This document shows, in pieces, positions 1-7,772 of a stretch of DNA of 28,319 bases; position 1 is the first letter of the stretch, and each line of letters begins with the position of its first letter. The stretch lies in the IMG/VR virus record IMGVR_UViG_3300044657_000031, positions 1 to 28,319 of that record; one strand, given 5' to 3'. The notes below the pieces were generated by a model, which was not told the origin of the DNA, did not search any database, and was given only the letters and a program-made list of their open reading frames with translations. This stretch comes from a virus. Lineage: Duplodnaviria; Caudoviricetes. The position numbers and the translations under genes are program-made.

Positions 1-2
1 GG

Positions 3-662
3 GATATTAAAGAAGGTGCCGCCTTCACTGAGTTTGACAGGCGTGTTCATGTTGTTGAGCCTTATAATATTCCTAATAATTGGGTTAAGTTTAGGGCTTG
101 CGATTACGGCTACGGTAGCTACAGTGGTGTTGTTTGGTTTGCCGTTGCGCCTAATGAGCAACTTATCGTATATCGAGAACTCTATGTTTCTAAAGTCCTT
201 GCCACAGATTTGGCAGATATGATTCTGGACTTAGAGGCAGAAGACGGTAATATAAAGTACGGTGTTCTGGATAGTTCTCTTTGGCACAAACGTGGTGACA
301 CAGGACCATCACTAGCAGAGCAGATGATTAGTAAGGGTTGTCGTTGGCGACCATCCGATAGAAGTAGGGGAAGCCGTGTAGCGGGTAAGAACGAGATACA
401 CAGGCGTTTGCAGATAGACGAATTTACTGAGGAGCCTAGACTTGTTTTCTTTAATACTTGCACAAACCTCACGGCCCAACTTCCCTCAATACCGTTGGAC
501 AAGAAAAACCCCGAAGACATTGATACAAAGAGTGAAGACCACTTGTATGACGCTCTTAGATATGGTATAATGTCCAGACCAAGATTTAGTATATTTGACT
601 ATGACCCTATGGGTAGACCCGGTGGCGGTATGCGAGTAGCAGACGCAACCTTTGGATACTAA
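3..662 (+). CDS. terL: Terminase large subunit, C-terminal nuclease domain (5'-truncated by the window edge)
   Basis: The frame of ORF 210..662 is open back to base 3 (DIKEGAAFTEFDRRVHVVEPYNIPNNWVKFRACDYGYGSYS...). It has RNase H-like terminase motifs RACDYG and EDHLYDALRYG and lies directly before the portal gene. Confidence 0.93.
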   Translation, partial: DIKEGAAFTEFDRRVHVVEPYNIPNNWVKFRACDYGYGSYSGVVWFAVAPNEQLIVYRELYVSKVLATDLADMILDLEAEDGNIKYGVLDSSLWHKRGDTGPSLAEQMISKGCRWRPSDRSRGSRVAGKNEIHRRLQIDEFTEEPRLVFFNTCTNLTAQLPSIPLDKKNPEDIDTKSEDHLYDALRYGIMSRPRFSIFDYDPMGRPGGGMRVADATFGY

Positions 663-673
663 GGAAAAATAAT

Positions 674-2812
674 ATGAACGAAGATGATATCATGATTGAA
701 GACGATGCTATTGCACTAGAAGATAGCGATGACACATCAATCTCTGACGCAGATGTAAGCAATATTATTCCTTTTATTATGGAACGCTATAAGCGGTCCG
801 AAGATTATAGGTATCAGGACGAAGAACGCTGGCTAAAAGCCTACCGCAATTATCGTGGTTTGTACGGACCTGATGTTCAATTTACCGAATCAGAAAAATC
901 TCGTGTCTTTATTAAAGTCACAAAAACTAAAACGCTGGCTGCTTACGGACAAATTGTTGATGTCTTGTTTGCAAACCAGCGTTTTCCTTTATCTGTCGAG
1001 CCTACTGAATTACCCGAAGGCGTAGTTGCTGACGTACATTTTGATCCACAAGAACCAGAGCAGCTTCGTCAAGACCAGAATACAAGCCCTTATGGTTTTG
1101 CAGGTGATGGTAACGATTTACCACCGGGTGCTACTGCACAAACACTTCAAGAAAAACTTGGTGTTATGCAGCATAAACTTGAGCCTATTTCAGATAAGCT
1201 GAAAGAAGGTCCGGGTAAAACACCTACAGCTATTGCATTTAGTCCAGCTATGATTGCTGCAAAGAAGATGCAAAAGAAAATTCATGACCAGCTAGAAGAG
1301 TCTGGCGCAACTAAACATCTGCGTAATGCTGCATTTGAAATGGCACTCTTTGGTACTGGTGTAATGAAGGGTCCGTTTGCTGTTGACAAAGAGTATCCTA
1401 ACTGGGATGAAGACGGTAACTACGATCCATTGTTTAAAACGATCCCACAAGTAAATCACGTATCTGTTTGGAATTTCTATCCAGACCCAGATGCTAACAA
1501 TATGGATGAAGCACAGTTTGTGGTTGAGCGTCACAAGATGTCACGTACGCAATTACGTAATTTGAAAAAGCGTCCTTACTTCCGTGGTGAAGTCATTAAC
1601 GAAGTTATTTCTATGGGTGAAAACTATACCAAGAAATACTGGGAAGATGACTTGTCCGACTATGCACCAGAGCATGGCATTGACCGCTTTGAGGTACTTG
1701 AGTATTGGGGCATGGTTGATGTTGAGTTGCTTGAAGAGCAGAATATTGACATTCCAAAAGAACTGCGTGACTTTGACGAACTACAAGCTAACGTATGGAT
1801 TTGTAACGGACGTTTGTTGCGCATGGTGCTTAATCCATTTAAGCCCTCTAAAATCCCATACTCTGCTTCTCCATATGAGTTAAACCCATACTCATTCTTT
1901 GGCGTAGGTATCGCTGAAAACATGGACGATACACAGACACTGATGAATGGCTTTATGCGTATGGCTGTTGATAATGCTGTACTGTCAGGCAACTTGATTG
2001 TTGAAGTAGATGAAACAAACCTAGTGCCGGGCCAAGACTTGTCACTGTATCCGGGCAAGGTATTCCGAAGACAAGGTGGCGCACCGGGTCAGGCTATCTT
2101 TGGTACTAAGTTCCCTAACGTGTCACAAGAAAATATGATGTTGTTTGACAAGGCACGTGTGTTGGCAGATGAAAGCACAGGCTTCCCATCATTTGCACAT
2201 GGACAGACAGGTGTATCTGGTGTAGGCCGTACTGCTTCAGGCATCTCAATGCTTATGGGTGCCGCACAGGGTAGCACTAAAACAATTATTAAGAATGTAG
2301 ACGACTACCTATTACGTCCACTTGGTGAAGGCTTCTTCCGCTTTAATATGCAGTTTGACTTTGATCCTGAGATTAAAGGCGACTTGGAAGTTAAGGCACG
2401 TGGTACAGAAAGTCTTATGGCTAACGAAGTACGTAGCCAGCGTTTGATGCAGTTCTTGCAGATTGCAAGTAATCCTGCACTTGCACCCTTTGCTAAGTTC
2501 CAGTATGTAATCCGTGAGATTGCAAAGTCTATGGAACTAGACCCCGACAAAGTAACCAACAATATGGATGAAGCCGCACTGCAGGCAGAGATTATGAAGG
2601 GCTTCCAGCAGCCAATGCAACCAGAGCAGGGTGGTATGACACCACCGCCGGGTGCTAATGCTATGGACCCAACAGGTGCAGGTGGTGGCAATATTGGTAC
2701 TGGACAGGTTCCTGTACCGGGTGAACAAGGATTTAGTGCGAATGGACAAGGAAATACTCAGCAAGCTGAAGCCGCTGGTGGGCAACAACCGCCAATGGGT
2801 CCACTTCAGTAA
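674..2812 (+). CDS. Portal protein (head-tail connector)
   Basis: 712 aa, directly after the terminase, with RBS AAGGA. Portal-typical segments include ALFGTGVMKG, WNFYPDP, PYSFFGVGIAE and GRTASGISMLMGAA, plus a Q/P/G-rich C-terminal tail. Confidence 0.9.
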   Translation: MNEDDIMIEDDAIALEDSDDTSISDADVSNIIPFIMERYKRSEDYRYQDEERWLKAYRNYRGLYGPDVQFTESEKSRVFIKVTKTKTLAAYGQIVDVLFANQRFPLSVEPTELPEGVVADVHFDPQEPEQLRQDQNTSPYGFAGDGNDLPPGATAQTLQEKLGVMQHKLEPISDKLKEGPGKTPTAIAFSPAMIAAKKMQKKIHDQLEESGATKHLRNAAFEMALFGTGVMKGPFAVDKEYPNWDEDGNYDPLFKTIPQVNHVSVWNFYPDPDANNMDEAQFVVERHKMSRTQLRNLKKRPYFRGEVINEVISMGENYTKKYWEDDLSDYAPEHGIDRFEVLEYWGMVDVELLEEQNIDIPKELRDFDELQANVWICNGRLLRMVLNPFKPSKIPYSASPYELNPYSFFGVGIAENMDDTQTLMNGFMRMAVDNAVLSGNLIVEVDETNLVPGQDLSLYPGKVFRRQGGAPGQAIFGTKFPNVSQENMMLFDKARVLADESTGFPSFAHGQTGVSGVGRTASGISMLMGAAQGSTKTIIKNVDDYLLRPLGEGFFRFNMQFDFDPEIKGDLEVKARGTESLMANEVRSQRLMQFLQIASNPALAPFAKFQYVIREIAKSMELDPDKVTNNMDEAALQAEIMKGFQQPMQPEQGGMTPPPGANAMDPTGAGGGNIGTGQVPVPGEQGFSANGQGNTQQAEAAGGQQPPMGPLQ

Positions 2813-2960
2813 TTACTTAGATGTGTTAATTGAGCAACATCATAAAACATTGGAACAGTCTGAAAACAAAATAACTCTACATAAGGCACAAGGTGCAATA
2901 GAAACATTGCGTAAGATTAAACGATTACGTGAGGACGTAAACAAAGCAGATGGCTATTAA
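2742..2960 (+). CDS. Small helical protein after the portal (72 aa, MDKEILSKLKPLV...)
   Basis: ATG at 2742 with AAGGA upstream is more plausible than the ORF-track start at 2652. The HKAQGAIETLRKIKRLRE pattern resembles small post-portal proteins of podoviruses. It overlaps the portal end by 71 nt. Confidence 0.7.
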   Translation: MDKEILSKLKPLVGNNRQWVHFSNYLDVLIEQHHKTLEQSENKITLHKAQGAIETLRKIKRLREDVNKADGY

Positions 2961-4656
2961 CGAACAAATGCAAGAAATGCTTCAGCAAGACATTAAAGAC
3001 GCTGAAACTAGACCTAAAGAAGAAATCCTGAAAGAACAAATAGAAGGATTAAAAACTGCAGGCCGTACTGTTAGAGATATTGCTGTTGAATCTATTCCGG
3101 GTGTAAGTGAATCACTAGCCGAAAAACGCATAGATGAAGCTATGCAGAGTGGTGACACAACAGGTGCTATGATTGAGGGTGCTGCAGGTTTGATGGGTGT
3201 GGTGCCTATGGTTGGTGATGCTGCAGCTAAAGGCTTACGTTCCGTCACAAAAGCATTTCGTAAGAAAGATATTGGTGAAGCAGAAAAATTAGTAGATAAC
3301 GCAGAAAAATTACAAGAGTGGCGTGATGCTAATCGTCTTCCAGAATCACAAAGACAAAAAAACATACCTGAAGCACAACAAGCTGCGGAAGATTTATTTC
3401 AAGGCAATATACCATCAAAGGAATCACGTAAGCGTATTAAGGAAGCATTTCCAGAACCGCAACTATACACTACCGAAACAATGCCAGAAATGCCTACAAT
3501 AACAGATGTCGTAGGTTCTATGGGTAAAAAAGCTGAAAAAGGTATTTTAGGCGTAAAAGGATTTGACTTGGAGCCGGGTCAGCGTGTAGGTGCGAGATTA
3601 GATATCCCAGCGTATAATGAGTATGATAAATGGGTTGTATCTATACACGATGGCAAGATTAGAAATGGTTCTGTTGTTGGCTATGGACAGGCTATAAGAT
3701 TAAAGAATATTGAATTTGGTTCAGACCCTGAAGTTGCATTAGATATTGCAAAAGGCAAACGGGTAGCCAAAAAATCAGGTGAAGAAAAACCTATGGGCAA
3801 AGCTACAATTGCTCGTGTGTTTGGTGACTATGTACCAGAAGACCCATACGAGTTACAAGAGTTTGCTAAAAAAGTTTTAGCTGACAAAGATTCTGGCTGG
3901 ACACAAGTTGGTATGAACCCATACAGGGGTAGTTACTTTTACAACAAAGAAACTGGTAATGTTGTTACTCGTGCAGATGAAGTAATTCAAGTTGGCCCAC
4001 TTGTGCTTGCAAAAAACGTAACAGAACCAAATTTATCAGAACTAAAGGAACTGTTTAGTCAAAAAACAGCCAGAACAAAAGATGGTAAAATACGAGTTTT
4101 TAACGAAGGTGGAGTTGTACCTATGAAACGTATGTCAAAACAAATGGAACTCTTTGAGCCTGTAGAACGTGGCTTTGAAGAAGGTGGCCTTATGGACGAA
4201 GGCGGCATGGTTGATGAGGTGTCTGGCAATGATGTACCGCCGGGATCACTGCGTACTGAAGTACGTGATGACATTCCTGCTCAACTCAGCGAAGGTGAAT
4301 TTGTTTTTCCTGCAGACGTAGTGCGTTACATTGGTCTTGAAAATTTGATGCGTATGCGTCAGGAAGCAAAGCAAGGCTTGGCACAGATGGAAGCTATGGG
4401 TCAGATGGGCAATAGCGAAGAAGCTGTTGTAGAAGACGACCTACCGTTTGACATGTATGACCTTGACGTAGAGGAAGAAGACGAGTATAATAATATGGCT
4501 GTCGGTGGTATGCCTATGCCACAACAATCTCAACCAATGAAAGACCCTAGAATACAATCTGGTTATGTTACGTATCAAGGTCAACGTGCGCACATAGGTG
4601 ATTTATCCACTATACCAGAAAGTATGAAAGATGAAGTGGAGATTGAGTATACATGA
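2950..4656 (+). CDS. Probable virion/internal protein: pre-toxin-like N-terminus, globular cargo domain, and conserved DDIPAQLSEGEFV module
   Basis: 568 aa, between portal and scaffold. It contains GLMGVVPMVGDAAAKG (pre-toxin-like), a middle domain RLDIPAY...QVGMNPYRGSYFY, and a C-terminal VRDDIPAQLSEGEFVFPADVVRYIG module of the kind seen in phage tape-measure/internal proteins. Confidence 0.6.
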   Translation: MAINEQMQEMLQQDIKDAETRPKEEILKEQIEGLKTAGRTVRDIAVESIPGVSESLAEKRIDEAMQSGDTTGAMIEGAAGLMGVVPMVGDAAAKGLRSVTKAFRKKDIGEAEKLVDNAEKLQEWRDANRLPESQRQKNIPEAQQAAEDLFQGNIPSKESRKRIKEAFPEPQLYTTETMPEMPTITDVVGSMGKKAEKGILGVKGFDLEPGQRVGARLDIPAYNEYDKWVVSIHDGKIRNGSVVGYGQAIRLKNIEFGSDPEVALDIAKGKRVAKKSGEEKPMGKATIARVFGDYVPEDPYELQEFAKKVLADKDSGWTQVGMNPYRGSYFYNKETGNVVTRADEVIQVGPLVLAKNVTEPNLSELKELFSQKTARTKDGKIRVFNEGGVVPMKRMSKQMELFEPVERGFEEGGLMDEGGMVDEVSGNDVPPGSLRTEVRDDIPAQLSEGEFVFPADVVRYIGLENLMRMRQEAKQGLAQMEAMGQMGNSEEAVVEDDLPFDMYDLDVEEEDEYNNMAVGGMPMPQQSQPMKDPRIQSGYVTYQGQRAHIGDLSTIPESMKDEVEIEYT

Positions 4657-6575
4657 AAAAAGGTAATAATATAAACTCACAAACTACACAAGCTTTTCAA
4701 TTAGGCGGAACTGTACAACTTCCCGGTTTTACAGGTGTGCAAACTACCCAACCAACTGCTCCAACTACAGGTTATAGACCTTATGTACAGCCCGTACAAG
4801 CTGCTTCTAGTCAATTTGGTCCTCAATTTACAGGTGTGCAGTATACAGGAGCAACAGGAACAACTAATTTTCCTACCTTTGCAGATACTGTAGGCAGAAA
4901 TCCCGGTCAGTATGATGAACTTAGAACATATGTAAATGATGCGGGGCAAACACTACGGATACCTTTTAAAAATGGTCAGCCTATTTATCCAATCCCATAT
5001 GGCTATAAATACCAAGCAGAAGAAGCTGTAAAACCAACAGATACATCCACGGTGCCTACAACCGTAGTTGGGCAAGATGATCGTGGTGGCGATGGTGATG
5101 GTGGTAGGATAGATGTATCCGGTGCTGTTCAAGGACCAGCAGGCGGTCCAACTGGAGTTGCAGGTTTAACATCTGCTTTTAGTGGTTTAGGTTCTTATCT
5201 CAGTGGCGAACCTGCACAGGCGCAGCCTTACGGCGGCACTACTCTGGATAGTTTAAATGCTATGGGTATGGTTTCTCGTGATTCAAAAGGAAATGTTATA
5301 GGGCCAGCTGTCACAGATTTTTCAAATAATCTTTCAGGAGTAACGGATGCATTTGGTGTTTACGGAAGTGAACCTATAAATGTATCTGCTGCTTTAAGTG
5401 TTATGACAGGAAATATTCCGGGTGCTTTGGCAGCAGTAAGAAGCAGAGATAGTGGTGTAGGAATGTTTGGGCAGGCTGCTCCGACAGGCCACGGAGCCTA
5501 CTCTACGGATGTTCTAGAAGCATATGCAAGAGGAACATTAAGTAAAGCACAACAAAATGAACTTGGTATTGCGTTAAACCAAAATCAAGCATTTGCACGT
5601 GCGCAAGTTCAAAGAGCAATTGGTACTCCAATAACAGGTTTAATAGGATATAAACCCGGTTCTATTAGCCCAATTACAGGAACGCCTGTAAATAGTAAAG
5701 GTAGAGTTGTAAACTTTCAGGGAAGCACTACTGGTGTAGACCCCGGATTTGCTAGTATGGGCGATTGGATGGATGCGTTAGAAGTAGCAAAAGAAACAGG
5801 TTACTGGGGTGGTCCTAAGTCTGCTAAAGAAGTTGGTGTAATGACTAATTCGGCACGGGCTAAATATAATGGATGGGCAGCAGCGTCTGGTCACTCCGTT
5901 GGTGGAGAAGGTCCAGCCACAGGTCCGGGTGCAGAAGCAGCAGCTAAAGGTTCATCACCGGGTGTTTCTAGTCCTTCTGGACAAGGTCGTAGTGATTATT
6001 CCGGTGGCTATCCGGGTGGTACGCCTGCCGGAACGCCTTCTAGTAGTAATGACTCACCGGGAGCAGCAAAGGGTGGATACGGAAACACAGGTGGTTATGG
6101 CGAAGACCCCGGATTTGATGGCGGCGGCGGTGGTGGTTCGCAAGGCGGCGGTCCGGGCAATGCGGGTAGCGGCTCATCTTGTTTTGCTGCGGGTACTAAG
6201 TTCTTTATGAAAGACGGTTCACTTAAAAACATTGAAGATATTAAAATTGGGGATGTTTTACAGCGAGGCGGCAAAGTTAGGACAACTATCGTTGGCGATG
6301 GTTTGTATGAAAACTGGTATCTGTATGGAAATACAAAAGTAACAGGCACACATACAGTATTTGAAAACGGCACGTGGAAACGTGTAGAAAATTCAGATAA
6401 AGCAATACCTACTGATAAAGATGAATTTATTTACACACTTGTAAATGAAAAACATCGTTTGATTGCTGAAGATGGTGTTATGTATGGAGATTATGATGAG
6501 GTGGATAACCTTGACATAGAAGACGGACTTCTTGAAATGATGAACCTTCAAGATGCCGTAGAAGAAGCAGCATAA
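4653..6575 (+). CDS. Gly/Ser/Thr-rich probable virion protein with a C-terminal Hint (intein/hedgehog-like) domain
   Basis: 640 aa, ATGA-coupled to the upstream gene. From Cys510 the C-terminus reads CFAAGTKFFMKDGSLKNIEDIKIGDVL (block A), VTGTH (block B TxxH) and IYTLVNEKHRL (block F-like). Confidence 0.8.
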   Translation: MKKGNNINSQTTQAFQLGGTVQLPGFTGVQTTQPTAPTTGYRPYVQPVQAASSQFGPQFTGVQYTGATGTTNFPTFADTVGRNPGQYDELRTYVNDAGQTLRIPFKNGQPIYPIPYGYKYQAEEAVKPTDTSTVPTTVVGQDDRGGDGDGGRIDVSGAVQGPAGGPTGVAGLTSAFSGLGSYLSGEPAQAQPYGGTTLDSLNAMGMVSRDSKGNVIGPAVTDFSNNLSGVTDAFGVYGSEPINVSAALSVMTGNIPGALAAVRSRDSGVGMFGQAAPTGHGAYSTDVLEAYARGTLSKAQQNELGIALNQNQAFARAQVQRAIGTPITGLIGYKPGSISPITGTPVNSKGRVVNFQGSTTGVDPGFASMGDWMDALEVAKETGYWGGPKSAKEVGVMTNSARAKYNGWAAASGHSVGGEGPATGPGAEAAAKGSSPGVSSPSGQGRSDYSGGYPGGTPAGTPSSSNDSPGAAKGGYGNTGGYGEDPGFDGGGGGGSQGGGPGNAGSGSSCFAAGTKFFMKDGSLKNIEDIKIGDVLQRGGKVRTTIVGDGLYENWYLYGNTKVTGTHTVFENGTWKRVENSDKAIPTDKDEFIYTLVNEKHRLIAEDGVMYGDYDEVDNLDIEDGLLEMMNLQDAVEEAA

Positions 6576-6653
6576 GGTAGCTGCATATTAGTTGGCTACT
6601 CACTCCCCACACCCGACAGTGTGGCTACAGTGGCCCCGACAAAAGGAAATACA

Positions 6654-7526
6654 ATGAACGATACAATTATGGCTGAAGAAATGCAGTCACCAAAGAAAGT
6701 TGCGTTTGCAAATCGTAAATACACTAACGAAGATAAACGCAAGATGGAAGAAGAAGAACTAGAACAGCTAATGAAAGAACAAAAGGGTGAAGTAGAAGAA
6801 ACTGCAGAAGAACCACAAGAAGCTGAACCTACAAACGCAGAAGAAAAAACATTTAAGAAGCGTTACTCTGATCTGCGTAGGCATCAACAGCAGCAAGCTG
6901 ATGAGTTTAAAAAAGAGATTGAAGCATTAAAATCTCAACTAAGTCAGGCAGCACAGAAAGAAATGAAGCTACCCAAGTCTGATGAGGACATTGAACAATG
7001 GGCAGCAGACTATCCAGATGTAGCAGCTATCGTTGAAACAATTGCAATGAAAAAGGCACGTGAACAAGCTACTGCGCTTGAAGAACGCTTTAAAGCAGTT
7101 GATGAGATGCAGTACAGTGCCAAGAAAGAAAAAGCTGAAGCTGAACTAATGCGACTGCATCCTGACTTTGATGAGATTCGTGACAGTGATGACTTCCACA
7201 ATTGGGCAGAGGATCAACCTAAGTGGGTACAAGATGCGTTGTATGATAATGATAATGACGCACGGTCTGCAGCACGAGCAATTGATTTGTACAAGGCTGA
7301 CATGGGTATTGCTAAAAGCAAACCTGCTAAAGATAAAGATGCAGCTAAGTCGGTATCTACAAAGAACTCAAGAAGTAGACCACAAGATGATGAGTCTTCT
7401 ACTTACTTGAAGGAATCACAAGTACAAAAGATGTCACCTCAACAGTATGAGAAGATGTCTGACGAGATCATGGAAGCTATCCGTAGTGGTAAGTTTATCT
7501 ATGATGTATCTGGCTCCGCTAGATAA
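6654..7526 (+). CDS. Capsid scaffolding/assembly protein
   Basis: Acidic coiled-coil protein directly upstream of the MCP (FKKRYSDLRRH, HPDFDEI, EIMEAIRSGK). The start is moved to ATG 6654, behind RBS AAAGGA. Confidence 0.8.
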   Translation: MNDTIMAEEMQSPKKVAFANRKYTNEDKRKMEEEELEQLMKEQKGEVEETAEEPQEAEPTNAEEKTFKKRYSDLRRHQQQQADEFKKEIEALKSQLSQAAQKEMKLPKSDEDIEQWAADYPDVAAIVETIAMKKAREQATALEERFKAVDEMQYSAKKEKAEAELMRLHPDFDEIRDSDDFHNWAEDQPKWVQDALYDNDNDARSAARAIDLYKADMGIAKSKPAKDKDAAKSVSTKNSRSRPQDDESSTYLKESQVQKMSPQQYEKMSDEIMEAIRSGKFIYDVSGSAR

Positions 7527-7540
7527 TATATAAAAAAGTG

Positions 7541-7571
7541 TTGACAAATAGTTATTTTTACGTATAACTAT
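7541..7571 (+). promoter_or_regulatory. Sigma70-type promoter for the capsid genes, overlapped by an 8-bp inverted repeat
   Basis: TTGACA (7541-7546), a 16-nt spacer, then TATAAC (7563-7568), with an A-rich upstream tract. The inverted repeat is ATAGTTAT-N8-ATAACTAT (7548-7571). Confidence 0.7.
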
Positions 7572-7581
7572 AGTCAGATTA

Positions 7582-7738
7582 GTGTAACTGTATTGCGCAA
7601 TATGGTTACACGACAATTCGCAAACAGCAAAGTCTTACGGATTACCTGAAGAACATGGCCCGTTGAATAGTAGGGCGGCCACCTTACTAAGATACGCACC
7701 CAAGTGAATCAGCCTCTGATTAGTCTTGTGAGTTTGTA
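7582..7738 (+). ncRNA. Candidate structured cis-regulatory leader RNA upstream of the major capsid gene
   Basis: A 13-bp hairpin at 7582-7611, followed by nested stems CTTACGGATTA/TAGTCTTGTGAG, CTGA/TCAG and TAGTAGGG-CGGCCA-CCTTACTA, all in a 246-nt intergenic region. Confidence 0.45.
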
Positions 7739-7772
7739 TCTGTGAAATGCTATAAAATTAGGAGAAAATATC

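Noticed and set aside
16-222. 68-aa hydrophobic ORF that looks like a membrane protein
   Set aside because: It lies out of frame within the terminase gene, whose frame is open from base 3 and carries catalytic motifs.
4650-4665. A-AAA-AAG slippery-like sequence at the 2950/4653 gene junction
   Set aside because: It lies after the upstream TGA stop, so it cannot fuse the ORFs. ATGA translational coupling explains the junction.
6180-6575. Calling the Hint domain a mobile intein
   Set aside because: It has no endonuclease, no terminal His-Asn with a +1 nucleophile, and it does not interrupt a conserved host protein.
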